Of a stretch of DNA of 64,000 nucleotides, positions 18,962 to 28,797 are shown in pieces. Origin of the DNA: Candidatus Moraniibacteriota bacterium. GTDB lineage: Bacteria; Patescibacteriota; Minisyncoccia; Moranbacterales; UBA2206. The notes under the pieces are model-generated. The model saw only the letters and a program-made list of their open reading frames with translations. It did not search any database and was not told the origin of the DNA. Both the position numbers and the translations under genes were made by a program. Positions within the stretch are counted from its first letter, which is position 1; every line of letters begins with the position of its first letter. The stretch covers positions 61,655 to 125,654 of the forward strand of contig JBAQNP010000005.1 of NCBI GenBank assembly GCA_049303905.1. The letters are read 5' to 3'.

Positions 18962-20116
18962 CTAGAGAATTATTTTGTATAATTTCTTGTCTATTTTATT
19001 TACAAAGAAAAGTAAACTTTCATCGCTGTTGAGAAAAAATTCAGAGGCATCAAAAGAAGTGTTTGGCATGTCGCTAGTTTCCACTAAGCGACTTTTTTCT
19101 CCCGTCATAGTATCAATTTTCCAGAAAGTATCAGCGGTAGTGAATTTTCCAGCCTTATAATCATTGGGTAAAATTAAATTGTCAGGGATGTTTCCTGGGA
19201 GAGCGCAAAAAATTGTCTTATTGTCTTTTGACCAAACACATTTAGAAACAAATGTTGGGAGACCTAAATTTTTATACTCTCCCCCATTATAATTCATAAC
19301 GCCAAGTTGTATTTTTGTGCCACCCTTGGTGTCTGTTTGGCTAACTAGAACATGACTGCCGGAATTATCCCAGAGATAATCAGCCCCAAAACTATCTTTG
19401 TAGAGACTTTTGGTGTCCTCTCCGAGCAAGGATACTGTTTGGAAATCAGTTGGATAATTCGCATCGCCATTATTCCAAAAAGAAATTAGACCGGAACGAG
19501 GAATTTGCAAGAAGGATATTTTGTCATGAGGGAGTTCTGTAATTTTTTTCCAATTTTTTCCATCTGCGTCAGAAATATTTAAGGAGCTTTTTTTGCTAGT
19601 TGGATCAAAATATTTATAAATTATTTTTGAAGAAATTGCTTGCCAAGAAATTTCATTGATATTTTTGTTAAGCGTAACAAGTTGATCATTTTTGATATCA
19701 AAAAGTAAGAAATAGCTTTCCTTGGAGTCTTTACTGGTCCTTAGGAGTATTTTGGATTTATCCGGAGACCAAGATCCACCTAGTAGGCTGATGATTTTTG
19801 TTTCAGTTATTTTTTTTGAAATCTCTCCGATGAAATCCGTTTCTTTTAGTTCTCCGAAAGCGTCAAAATACCAAATTTTATCATCGGTATTGGAAATAGT
19901 TGGAGAAATGACCGGTTCTTTTGAAACGATGGATATTTTTGTACTAGAGACAGCTGGAATTTTTGGCAAATTTTGTGAAACAGAATTATTTAGAGGGAGG
20001 ATATTGTCTTTTTTTATCTCAGCTTTTTTGAAAGACAAAATATAAATCCCCCAAAAAAGTAAGGAGAAAAAAAGAACAAATAATGATAAGAAAAATATTT
20101 TTTTAAGAGTAGACAT
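18962..20116 (-). CDS. Membrane-anchored TolB-like / WD40-like beta-propeller repeat protein
   Basis: N-terminal TM segment. Repeated SWSPDKSKI / VWSKDNKTIF-type blades. Confidence 0.45.
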   Translation of the reverse strand: MSTLKKIFFLSLFVLFFSLLFWGIYILSFKKAEIKKDNILPLNNSVSQNLPKIPAVSSTKISIVSKEPVISPTISNTDDKIWYFDAFGELKETDFIGEISKKITETKIISLLGGSWSPDKSKILLRTSKDSKESYFLLFDIKNDQLVTLNKNINEISWQAISSKIIYKYFDPTSKKSSLNISDADGKNWKKITELPHDKISFLQIPRSGLISFWNNGDANYPTDFQTVSLLGEDTKSLYKDSFGADYLWDNSGSHVLVSQTDTKGGTKIQLGVMNYNGGEYKNLGLPTFVSKCVWSKDNKTIFCALPGNIPDNLILPNDYKAGKFTTADTFWKIDTMTGEKSRLVETSDMPNTSFDASEFFLNSDESLLFFVNKIDKKLYKIIL

Positions 20117-20141
20117 GAAATAGTAAGATTGTTAAAAGAAA

Positions 20142-20618
20142 TTATTCAGTAGGGGTAGCAGAACTTTGTGTACTGCATTCAAATTTATTCCAAGCTTTGC
20201 GTTCTAGAGTGGCTTTGTTATCGGTTATTGATTCCGGATCAGCGGAAAGTATCCACATAACCGCATTAACAAAAAACCAAGCCATTAGTACGATAGTAAA
20301 ACCAGTGAGACTAGCAGTGAGAAAAGCTTTGGCATTTGTCATCATCCCTTCATTGCCAGCAGAAATTATATACATTACTCCTGCAATGAAAATTCCCACC
20401 GCGGCAACAGTGATGAGAAGCTTCAAGCCAAAATCTATAATGCCTTTTATGCCTATGATTAAATGGCAAAGGGTGCAAATTTGACTTTCGTCGACATTTG
20501 GAGTTAATGGATCATTTTTACTCGATCCGCAAGGGACGAGACCGGCGTGCGCCGAAAAAATTGGCAAAAAAATTCCGATAAATAGCAAAAAAATAGCGAT
20601 TTTTATTTTAGTTTGCAT
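20142..20618 (-). CDS. VirB2/TrbC-like pilin-type small membrane protein
   Basis: Signal peptide, two hydrophobic helices, and the motif GVMYIISAGNEG shared with the adjacent paralog. Size and topology resemble T4SS pilins. Confidence 0.4.
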   Translation of the reverse strand: MQTKIKIAIFLLFIGIFLPIFSAHAGLVPCGSSKNDPLTPNVDESQICTLCHLIIGIKGIIDFGLKLLITVAAVGIFIAGVMYIISAGNEGMMTNAKAFLTASLTGFTIVLMAWFFVNAVMWILSADPESITDNKATLERKAWNKFECSTQSSATPTE

Positions 20619-20636
20619 AAGTTTAATTTAAAAATA

Positions 20637-21566
20637 TTAGCTACTCTTGCATTGATTGTAAAAATTTAAAAACACATTGGTTCTTTCGGGCACTGGGCAA
20701 AGTAAATTACAATTAATCGTACAATCCCATTGTAAATAAGGACTTCCATAGCTATTGGTTCCAGAACAGTCGGCACTTGGGCTAAGCGCTACACAACCGC
20801 CGTTATATCCAGCATAAATATCTCTTATTTTTTGTTCTTCGTTAGTTGTTCTCCATTTAGAACTGCATTGTTTTAAATATCTTGCCGCACACTCGAGAGC
20901 TTTTTTTGGGTTGCTTTCTAAATCTTCGCAAGTGGTTCCGCAATTTGCATTGGCTGCAATTTGTACGGCGCTACAATCCCTTCCTCCATTTGTTCGGGCA
21001 GGAACTTGATTGCAACTAGATTCTTTGGCTACTAGAGCTTGAAGTATACATTTATCAAGGCCAGTACTACTAGAAACTTGTTGAAATAGCGTTTGCCACT
21101 CAGAAGAATTGCAATTTGCTGGCATCGTAGCTTTTACTGTGCTAGTTGTTGTACTAGTAGGCGTAGTAGATAATAATCCCCGTAGTGGCTTAAACTGAAC
21201 TAACTCAGGATTGATTGTCCAAAGCAAAACATAAGAAACTAAAGCGAGGATTAGACCAGCGATGGCGTCAGTAATGATTCCTTTGGCTTTGCCCGTTTGA
21301 GAATTGTTACCGGCAGAAGTCAGATACATATAACCACCAAGCATAATCATAAACATTGCTGAGGTTCCAATAGCCCACAGGCCAAATTTGTAGATTGCCA
21401 TTAGATAGGCTGGAAAATCTACCACTGTATTAGCTTGAATAAGTCCGGGAATTCCTTCCATTAGTTTATAGCCAGTAGATGGTGTTTCTGCGGCTAAACA
21501 AAAAAATGGGATAAAATTAATTATCAATAAAAGCAGAAATATTATTTTTATTTTTGTGAATTTCAT
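20637..21566 (-). CDS. Fusion protein: pilin-like N-terminal membrane domain plus a Cys-rich lytic transglycosylase (VirB1-like) domain
   Basis: The N-terminus is paralogous to the preceding gene (GGYMYLTSAGNNS). The C-terminus has the SLT-type catalytic region (…VAKESSCNQ…) and the AYNAG-like motif (DIYAGYNGG). Confidence 0.5.
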   Translation of the reverse strand: MKFTKIKIIFLLLLIINFIPFFCLAAETPSTGYKLMEGIPGLIQANTVVDFPAYLMAIYKFGLWAIGTSAMFMIMLGGYMYLTSAGNNSQTGKAKGIITDAIAGLILALVSYVLLWTINPELVQFKPLRGLLSTTPTSTTTSTVKATMPANCNSSEWQTLFQQVSSSTGLDKCILQALVAKESSCNQVPARTNGGRDCSAVQIAANANCGTTCEDLESNPKKALECAARYLKQCSSKWRTTNEEQKIRDIYAGYNGGCVALSPSADCSGTNSYGSPYLQWDCTINCNLLCPVPERTNVFLNFYNQCKSS

Positions 21567-21661
21567 TTTGTTTTTTTTACCCTATGGAGTACGGACTCAC
21601 AAGGTTGTTAACGCGATTTTTATATTAACGATAATGAATACACAAGAGGTGTATTATGAAA

Positions 21662-24421
21662 TTACTCCATAGGGTGAATTTCCGGAGCAAAGGAAAAAAC
21701 TAATTTAATTACAAATAAAATTAGGGATATCGTAAGGACTATTCGTAGAAGAAATGCTAGATAGGCGGGAGCGGAAGAATAAATAGTAGCGAATATTTTT
21801 TTTGATTTTGCGCTAGCTGTTGTAGTTGGAGCATCTTGCATAGTTATAATAGCATCATCAGAAACTGCTTTTTCATAGAATTGATTGTAAGTGACGCCCC
21901 AAATAGCATTCAGCGCTTTTTTGACCGAATTATTTTGCGTATAAAGGGTGCCAACTGAAATGTTATAGCTTTCCCCCTGTTTTTCTTTTGGAGGAATAGT
22001 CAATATGCCATTGCTATCAATTTTAAAACCATAAACACTAGCATTGGAATAGTTTACTGAATCACCATCGATTTCCCAACCTAAGTTTTCTGGTGAAGCG
22101 GTAAATCCGGTCGTGACTACTTTTAATTTTATATTGGAACTATTATAGGCCCAAAAATTTAATTGGCTATAATCATAAAATGAATTGCCATTAACATCAA
22201 AATATTTTCCTAAAACTGTTTGGTTACAGGTTGTTGTGTCAGCTGAGAGAATGGTGATTTTAGGATCGACCACTTGAAAATTTCTGGATATATTTATTTT
22301 TTCACCATTTTTGTTGGTGGCAATTAGATTTACGGTATATTGTTCCCCAACCTCTTTAAGAACCGGAAAGTAGGCAATGGAAGTTTGTTTTTCGGGGTCG
22401 CAATTTTTGAAAAAACAATATGGATAGGTAAAGGGCTTGCCATCGATTGTCCAGAGAAAATCAGGAGAAATTTCTTTGGGAAAATTATCTGCTGGAACAG
22501 ATAGTCCAACGATTTGATTTTTAGTTACAGGGCAAATGGCTTTGTCCATTGGGTTTTCATCGTCATTGCAAATTTCATTTCCTAAAGCTAAATCTACATT
22601 GGATAAATTACCAGGAATAGTGGTTGGTGTTGTCGGTGTGATATTATGAATGCTTATTTTTTCCTCAGTAGAGCTTATTGGGATAATTAGATCCTGAGTA
22701 TTTTTTCGGGGATGCTTTTCATCACCAGTATTTTCTGTGACGGTGAGAACAACCTTAATATATTTATTTGTTTCAGGTAAACCTAATTTGAATTTGAAAG
22801 TATTGATCCCTAGTCCGACTGATTGAGTTGAGTCTAATAATTCTGGCTTCAAAAGTAGGGTCCAATTATCAGAACTGATATCTGCGCCAGCATAAACCTT
22901 CCAATCATATTGTAAATAATTAGTGTCTTTAGCATTAGAAACAGAAGAATTGATTGTGAGTAAATCGCCATCGCCATCGGCACCAGAAGGGTCATTCATT
23001 GGATTATTTGGAGAATAAGAAAGACTAATGTCAAGCTTATTGCTTCCGGGAGTATTTTCTTGAGGAGAAACTAAAGAATTATAGAGAAATTTATTGAGAT
23101 CAGAAGTTTTTTCAATTTTTCCATCATCAAGTTCAAAATCGTCCGCCGAAAAATTTTCGGTGGAGTAAGTTATGATTGGATTGAGCACGGTATCTGTTTC
23201 GGCTACATTAGTATCGCTTACTAAGGCTTGAGAGATGGTATCTCTTACAACATTATGCATTGTGACAGTAGTTTTAATAGTGGCCATGCTATTAACAACT
23301 TCGCCATCAATTTCTTGGAGAGTTGTTTCGGTGAGATAGGTTGTTTGCCCGGCGACAGGAGTATCGACTGCAGTAGAGATAATTTCATCTGTAGTGGCTG
23401 GATATTCATTATTAGTAAAATCAGCATCAAACTCATTCAATCCTTCGTTCATTGCCCACATTGTTTTATAGGAAGAATCTTCGGTGAGTGGGGCCTCAGT
23501 AGAAACTCCTTCCACAACCACGCCAATCTTGTCGCCTTTTTGATAGCTCCAAGTGAAACTAATAACGCCAAGTCCAGCGACAGTAGCTTCATCGGAGTGC
23601 CCATTATTGGCGGTGTCATTGCTATTAGGATCGGTACGCCAGAATTTTTCTTCATCTCGGCCGAAATCTCCATCGCCTGTTTCTTCCGTATCCCAATCTA
23701 TGGAATTACCTTTATAGTCGATAAAATTTTCGTCTTTAGGGTCAGGGAATAAATGTTCACAAGTGATTTCATATTCCTTGCCAGATTGTGTATTATGGAT
23801 ATAGCAATAAGCATCCTTCCCTTTTTGATCATCGCCACCAAAAGAAGCTTCGTAACCATCATTATCAGAGGATGATTTGTAAATATCTTCAGAGCTTACC
23901 ACGAATCCATTACTGACAATAATTCTCATGGCTTTTATTTTATAGTCTTCTATATCAACCTCATCGTCATTGTTTAGGTCGCATTTATCAAAATCTCCTG
24001 ATTTGAATTTATTTTTATAATTAGACCCATCCAATTCTTCATCGTAACAGATATTTGATTTTAGAAACCAAGTATAGTATAAATTTTTAGGATCATTAAG
24101 GAAAGAAGTCGGGGAAGCGGTGGCAGTGACTTTTTCTCCTTCACTCGGATTGGTTGGGCTAAAGAAAAGTGAAACTTGAGGTGGGTTTTTTTTCTGAGGA
24201 GCGACATTCAACGCTCCGGTAAAAGTTTTGAGAGTTTCCAAATCAAGACCGGCCTCTTCGGCCATTTCACTCATAAGCATTCCCGGTCCGGATATTCCCC
24301 AGATTTTTGAAACACTGCCGACATTAATAGCTTGTGCTATTCCGGCTTGAGAAAAAAACAAAAAACCAATGAGGATAATATTAATTGTTTGATGTATTTT
24401 TTTTAACTTTTTATTTTTCAT
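21662..24421 (-). CDS. Large secreted/surface protein with a C-terminal membrane anchor (candidate adhesin)
   Basis: Signal peptide (MKNKKLKK…AQA). ~900 aa of Asp/Thr/Asn-rich repeats. C-terminal TM helix. Start placed at Met21, abutting the upstream gene. Confidence 0.5.
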   Translation of the reverse strand: MKNKKLKKIHQTINIILIGFLFFSQAGIAQAINVGSVSKIWGISGPGMLMSEMAEEAGLDLETLKTFTGALNVAPQKKNPPQVSLFFSPTNPSEGEKVTATASPTSFLNDPKNLYYTWFLKSNICYDEELDGSNYKNKFKSGDFDKCDLNNDDEVDIEDYKIKAMRIIVSNGFVVSSEDIYKSSSDNDGYEASFGGDDQKGKDAYCYIHNTQSGKEYEITCEHLFPDPKDENFIDYKGNSIDWDTEETGDGDFGRDEEKFWRTDPNSNDTANNGHSDEATVAGLGVISFTWSYQKGDKIGVVVEGVSTEAPLTEDSSYKTMWAMNEGLNEFDADFTNNEYPATTDEIISTAVDTPVAGQTTYLTETTLQEIDGEVVNSMATIKTTVTMHNVVRDTISQALVSDTNVAETDTVLNPIITYSTENFSADDFELDDGKIEKTSDLNKFLYNSLVSPQENTPGSNKLDISLSYSPNNPMNDPSGADGDGDLLTINSSVSNAKDTNYLQYDWKVYAGADISSDNWTLLLKPELLDSTQSVGLGINTFKFKLGLPETNKYIKVVLTVTENTGDEKHPRKNTQDLIIPISSTEEKISIHNITPTTPTTIPGNLSNVDLALGNEICNDDENPMDKAICPVTKNQIVGLSVPADNFPKEISPDFLWTIDGKPFTYPYCFFKNCDPEKQTSIAYFPVLKEVGEQYTVNLIATNKNGEKINISRNFQVVDPKITILSADTTTCNQTVLGKYFDVNGNSFYDYSQLNFWAYNSSNIKLKVVTTGFTASPENLGWEIDGDSVNYSNASVYGFKIDSNGILTIPPKEKQGESYNISVGTLYTQNNSVKKALNAIWGVTYNQFYEKAVSDDAIITMQDAPTTTASAKSKKIFATIYSSAPAYLAFLLRIVLTISLILFVIKLVFSFAPEIHPME

Positions 24422-25086
24422 TTTAGATGGTAAATTATAAAACTGTCTAAAATTATAAGGGAAAATAGAGAGGCTACCCAAGAATAAAATATAGAACGAC
24501 TCTTATAGACTATTATACCAGAAAATAAAGAAATTACGAGTGTCGGTGTCATTTGCCAGAAAGAATTTTCAGTTGGAATAAGAATCAGTGTATAAATAAA
24601 AAATTGCAAAAAAATTGCAAAAAAATCTATTTTTTTAGAAAAATAAAGCAAAACAAACCCTCTCCAGAAAAACTCTTGAATAAAAACAAAAATATTAGCT
24701 AAAATAAGTTCATAAAGCAGAAAAATCCAAAAATTATGAACGACGTAAGAGGATAGTAAATAGTTTTTCCGGAAATCTGTATAGTTATAAAGCAAAAAGA
24801 AGACTAAAAGAGTAACAAAAAACCCAAAAATTCCCCAAAAAAGGCCAGCCTTTTTATCGCCTAAAGTTAAACCAAAATCAGAAATATTTTTTCTAAGAAT
24901 TAATTTATAATAAAGGATAGGGACGATTATTAAAAAGAAAACATTTCTGGTTAATAGTTGAATAGAATTTTTAACAGGAAAAAAGAGGGAGAAAAGAAGA
25001 CAAAAAACAATCACACCAGAAGTGATGATGATTTCTTTGTTCTCGATTAAGCGAGAAGATAGTTTTCTTTTATGATAGTAACGCAT
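24418..25086 (-). CDS. CPBP-family (CAAX/Abi) intramembrane metalloprotease
   Basis: Polytopic. The conserved EExxxR-type motif appears as QEFFWRGFVL. Confidence 0.6.
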   Translation of the reverse strand: MRYYHKRKLSSRLIENKEIIITSGVIVFCLLFSLFFPVKNSIQLLTRNVFFLIIVPILYYKLILRKNISDFGLTLGDKKAGLFWGIFGFFVTLLVFFLLYNYTDFRKNYLLSSYVVHNFWIFLLYELILANIFVFIQEFFWRGFVLLYFSKKIDFFAIFLQFFIYTLILIPTENSFWQMTPTLVISLFSGIIVYKSRSIFYSWVASLFSLIILDSFIIYHLK

Positions 25087-25095
25087 TGATTTTTA

Positions 25096-25599
25096 TTACG
25101 CGTAGCTTTCTTGCTCCGCGTATCTTTGTTGCTCAATTTTCTCAGCATTTTTTTTTCTTTTTTTTAAAACTACAATATACATAGCTACTACTATGCCGGT
25201 GGTTGCAGGGAGGAGACTTATTCCAGGGAGTATTTCTGTAATAGTTCCACCTAAAAGCATAAGTAGAATGCTTATTCCACCGCCTCCACCAGCCAGAACT
25301 CCAAGCATTACCATAAAACCGATAAAAATGAAAATTAAAATAGTCATAATAACCACAAGAGCATAACCCGCACCAGTGACCTGAAAAAGACTTAATAAGT
25401 CATTTAGTGAAGCAGCCACAAGGGCAATATAAAAAAACACATCAGAAGATTTTCTTTGAGAAAAGAGAGAAGTGGATCGGATAATCTTATTAGCAGCAGC
25501 TAATTTTTTTCTAGCTTGTTCTCTTTCTCCAGCTTCTTTTTGTCGAGCCTCTTGCTGACTATTTTCTAATTCTTCTTTTTTTTGGTGGTCGTAATTCAT
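25096..25599 (-). CDS. Hypothetical membrane protein with a charged N-terminus and Gly-rich TM core
   Basis: 167 aa with two or three TM helices. Encoded directly upstream of the VirB4-like ATPase. Confidence 0.4.
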   Translation of the reverse strand: MNYDHQKKEELENSQQEARQKEAGEREQARKKLAAANKIIRSTSLFSQRKSSDVFFYIALVAASLNDLLSLFQVTGAGYALVVIMTILIFIFIGFMVMLGVLAGGGGGISILLMLLGGTITEILPGISLLPATTGIVVAMYIVVLKKRKKNAEKIEQQRYAEQESYA

Positions 25600-25602
25600 A
25601 AT

Positions 25603-27420
25603 TTATTCTTCATCAAACTCTTTCTTGGCTCTTTCAATTTCCAGCATTTGCGCTGGATCGGTGGTGATTATCTGGTCTTCGGAATAGGAAGCGACGACTT
25701 TAATGGCGACATGATTGGTGCCAGCGAAAAAAATTCCTTCTCCTACATTAGATTCAAGAAGTAGAAATTTTTCTTGATCAGTTAAATAGAATGTTTCGCT
25801 AATTACATCTACTGCTGCTGGAGATTGTTTTAGGAGTAGTTGAATAGAGGAGTTGGTGACAATGGCTTTGCCGTAGCGAGAACTCAAAAAATCATTAACG
25901 TCTTGAGTGACAGTAGTAAGCCCGGTATAATATTTTCGGCAACGCTTAGCGATTCCAAAAAGAAAAGAAGCAGCGTCATCATATTTCATCATTACCCAGG
26001 CTTCATCAGCTAAAACCAGTCTTTTTTTGAGAGTAGTTCTCATTTCATTCCAAATAAATTGCATTACCATATACATAGCAATCGGTCGGAGTTCTTCTTC
26101 CATATCGCGAATATTGAAAACCATCATCGGGTTGTCCACCACAACATTAGTAATATTATTTAGAAAACCGGAAAAAATTCCTTCTGTATATTTCTCCATG
26201 CGAATGGCTAAATTTTCTCCACCATCCATACTGCGCAAGATTTGATAGAGATCAGACATGGTTGGATAGGATTCTTTGGTAAGAGAATTAAAGTTTGTTT
26301 CAGCGGAAATATCTCGAACAGCATAAGTTTCTTTGATGGCTCGACCCAAAATCGAATCTTCTTCTGGGGTGATGTTACCAAGCATAATATGGAGTAGTCC
26401 CAAAAGATTAGCGATATTATTTCGTAATATATCTTCCGGATCTTCATCTTCTTTGATATGAGGAAGGTCAAATGGATTGATATGATTGTTTGAATTGAGA
26501 GAAATTTTTATAAAAGTTCCGCCCACTGTTTCACAAAGATGTTTATATTCATTTTCTGGGTCAATAATGATCACATCAGTTCCCATCATCAGCGAGCGAA
26601 GTACTTCCAGTTTTATGGTATAACTTTTTCCAGCGCCGGATTTAGCAAAAACTACCATATTGGCATTTTCCATTTTGAAGCGGTCAAAAATAATCAAACT
26701 ATTATTGTGACGATTTATTCCATAAAGAATTCCTTCATTGGAAGATAGGGTTGAGGAAACAAAAGGAAAAGTCGTGGAAAGCGGAGCGCTGTTCATACTG
26801 GAACCGATGTCCAGTTCATCATTAGCCAATGGCAAAGTTGAATTGAAACCTTGCTCAGATTTGAAAATGGCCGGTTTGACATAAACTAACTGAGCTTCCA
26901 AAATAGCTTCGATAGAACGAGTGATATCAGAAAGCTCTTTTTCATTTTCGCCGTAAGCGGTGATATAGAGTCCAAAGCGAAAAAACTTTTCTGTGCCTTG
27001 TTGCAAATTATTTCTAAGCTCATCGATATCTTGGATGGCAGTTTCAAGGGCGGGATCACGAATCATGCCTTTTTCTTGCTCGATATGAATTTGTGATTCA
27101 ACTCGGGTAGCATTTTTTTTGAGATCTTTCAAAATATCATAAGTTTCAATTGGATGGATAAACATTGAAATATCAATTGGCAAATCGATGTTTATAATGG
27201 GAGAAAACCAATTGCTATTGAGAAATCTTGGATAGGCCACCACAAAAATAGTCTGCGCCAGCGTTTCTCCAACGCGGATAAATTTCGGCATTATTTTTAT
27301 CGCAGCCGGAGCCAAAAGATCATTGAGACGCGAAACACCTTCCTGATAGTATTTTTCACCTTCAAGAATTTCGTTAGTTTTGGCTTGAGTGGTTGGGTTT
27401 TTTTTAAGAAAATTTAGCAT
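25603..27420 (-). CDS. VirB4/TrbE-like type IV secretion ATPase
   Basis: Walker A VVFAKSGAGKSYT. Walker B LVLADEAWVMMK. The C-terminal region resembles the AAA_10 / DUF87 family of conjugative VirB4 ATPases. Confidence 0.7.
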   Translation of the reverse strand: MLNFLKKNPTTQAKTNEILEGEKYYQEGVSRLNDLLAPAAIKIMPKFIRVGETLAQTIFVVAYPRFLNSNWFSPIINIDLPIDISMFIHPIETYDILKDLKKNATRVESQIHIEQEKGMIRDPALETAIQDIDELRNNLQQGTEKFFRFGLYITAYGENEKELSDITRSIEAILEAQLVYVKPAIFKSEQGFNSTLPLANDELDIGSSMNSAPLSTTFPFVSSTLSSNEGILYGINRHNNSLIIFDRFKMENANMVVFAKSGAGKSYTIKLEVLRSLMMGTDVIIIDPENEYKHLCETVGGTFIKISLNSNNHINPFDLPHIKEDEDPEDILRNNIANLLGLLHIMLGNITPEEDSILGRAIKETYAVRDISAETNFNSLTKESYPTMSDLYQILRSMDGGENLAIRMEKYTEGIFSGFLNNITNVVVDNPMMVFNIRDMEEELRPIAMYMVMQFIWNEMRTTLKKRLVLADEAWVMMKYDDAASFLFGIAKRCRKYYTGLTTVTQDVNDFLSSRYGKAIVTNSSIQLLLKQSPAAVDVISETFYLTDQEKFLLLESNVGEGIFFAGTNHVAIKVVASYSEDQIITTDPAQMLEIERAKKEFDEE

Positions 27421-27517
27421 AGTTTTTTTACGAACTACGAAATAAGTAAAATACGAAACGATTAAACTCCATTTTCGTACTTTCGTATTTAGTATTTATT
27501 TCGTAGTTCGTAAATGA
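27421..27517. repeat. TACGAA-rich hairpin element with an 18-bp perfect inverted repeat (TTACGAACTACGAAATAA … TTATTTCGTAGTTCGTAA)
   Basis: Read directly. It fills the whole spacer between the upstream gene's stop and the VirB4 start. Related to 28705-28797 and 43741-43855. Confidence 0.8.
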
Positions 27518-28240
27518 TTATTGTAATTCTAACTTTTCCACATCTTTTAATTCTGACGCATTGAAAATTTCTGGATTGTATGAATTGAACAGCAGTTCGA
27601 TGAGTTCTTCGGTTTTAAGTGGGGCAATGCGCAGTCCAATTCCAGAAAGAGCGGCGATTATATGGTCAACTCTTTGAAAAAGCTGATTTTTGTAAGTTTC
27701 AAAATTTTCATTTTTTTCGATGATGTTTTTTTGTGGGTTCATTAGACTGCCAATATTGGAAAAAAACCCTTTTCCAGTGTTTTCGATCGGAGAAAATGGA
27801 ATAATGATATAGAAATTCTTTTCCATAATATTGGAACCACTCACGAGTTGTTCAATGAAGCTTCTATATTCAGATAGTTGCAAGCGAAGAAGTTCGCTGG
27901 GCTGAGTTTTCTCTTTGCTAGTGACATAATCAAAATAATTTCGCATATCTAGTTTTCGCGAGCTCACTAGTATTTGTACAGGAAAATCTACCGAATTCAA
28001 GAAATTTTGATATTGATTAATGATGGCTTCTTGTTCTTGGGTTGATTTCAAATCAAAATTTATCGCTGACACAGCCAAAACGGAGCGCATAGCACCTGAT
28101 TTCAAAATGACCACATCATCTTTGACTTCTGCTACGTCCAAGTATTTTTGGGTTGGAGAAGATGATGGTTCAGTAGAGAGTTTTTTTGAGTGTAGAAATT
28201 CCATAGATATCTGAACCACATGATTCTCACTGATTAACAC
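27518..28240 (-). CDS. Hypothetical protein within the T4SS-like cluster
   Basis: 240-aa ORF, co-directional and tightly spaced with its neighbours. No recognisable family. Confidence 0.45.
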   Translation of the reverse strand: MLISENHVVQISMEFLHSKKLSTEPSSSPTQKYLDVAEVKDDVVILKSGAMRSVLAVSAINFDLKSTQEQEAIINQYQNFLNSVDFPVQILVSSRKLDMRNYFDYVTSKEKTQPSELLRLQLSEYRSFIEQLVSGSNIMEKNFYIIIPFSPIENTGKGFFSNIGSLMNPQKNIIEKNENFETYKNQLFQRVDHIIAALSGIGLRIAPLKTEELIELLFNSYNPEIFNASELKDVEKLELQ

Positions 28241-28308
28241 TTGATTGCATATGAATTAAAATTCAGTGAAATCAGGAAAATCATGTGATAATCAGTGGTT
28301 CTGATTTT

Positions 28309-28704
28309 TTATTTTCTGTTTAATATTTTTGTCAGTTCTTCTATCTTGCTATTATCCAAAACTTTTCTTTTGACAATAATTTCTTCTTTAGGTTTCTGGA
28401 TTTTTTTAGCTACTTTCATATTATCATAATATCGTTTCCAAACATAGACCTTAGGCTTGAGAAAAAAATTAACTCCAGACATTAGAAAATTGAGAAGTGG
28501 TTGGTTGTAGGGTCTATAGAAAGCTAGCGCGCCAAAAATTGCTAGAGTGATAACGGCTACAGGAAGAAAAGTAGAAAAAACCAGTGTGCTCCAAAAAATC
28601 AAAAGTAAAACGCCGGCAATTCCAAGCCAACCAAGTTGTTTGGCAGTAAGCGGACCGACAATCTTGTCCTCGATGTCGATGAATTGTGGTACGTTAAAAA
28701 GCAT
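28309..28704 (-). CDS. Small membrane protein, possibly a VirB3-like T4SS component
   Basis: 131 aa, two TM helices, a basic C-terminus. Positioned near the VirB4-like gene as VirB3 homologs are in Gram-positive T4SS. Confidence 0.35.
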   Translation of the reverse strand: MLFNVPQFIDIEDKIVGPLTAKQLGWLGIAGVLLLIFWSTLVFSTFLPVAVITLAIFGALAFYRPYNQPLLNFLMSGVNFFLKPKVYVWKRYYDNMKVAKKIQKPKEEIIVKRKVLDNSKIEELTKILNRK

Positions 28705-28797
28705 TTTGTGTGTATGGTTAATTATTTATTTACGAAAATACGAATTAAACTAAATTACGAATTCGTACTTTCGCTAGATTCGTATTTTCGTAAATGA
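28705..28797. repeat. TACGAA-rich hairpin element (TTACGAAAATACGAAT … ATTCGTATTTTCGTAA)
   Basis: 16-bp perfect inverted repeat. Its last ~15 nt (cgtaaatgattattg) are identical to those of the 27421-27517 element, and both abut a stop codon. Confidence 0.8.

Noticed and set aside
23228-23752. 174-aa plus-strand ORF within the 939-aa surface protein gene
   Set aside because: Antisense shadow ORF. The minus-strand gene has a signal peptide, repeats and a C-terminal anchor.
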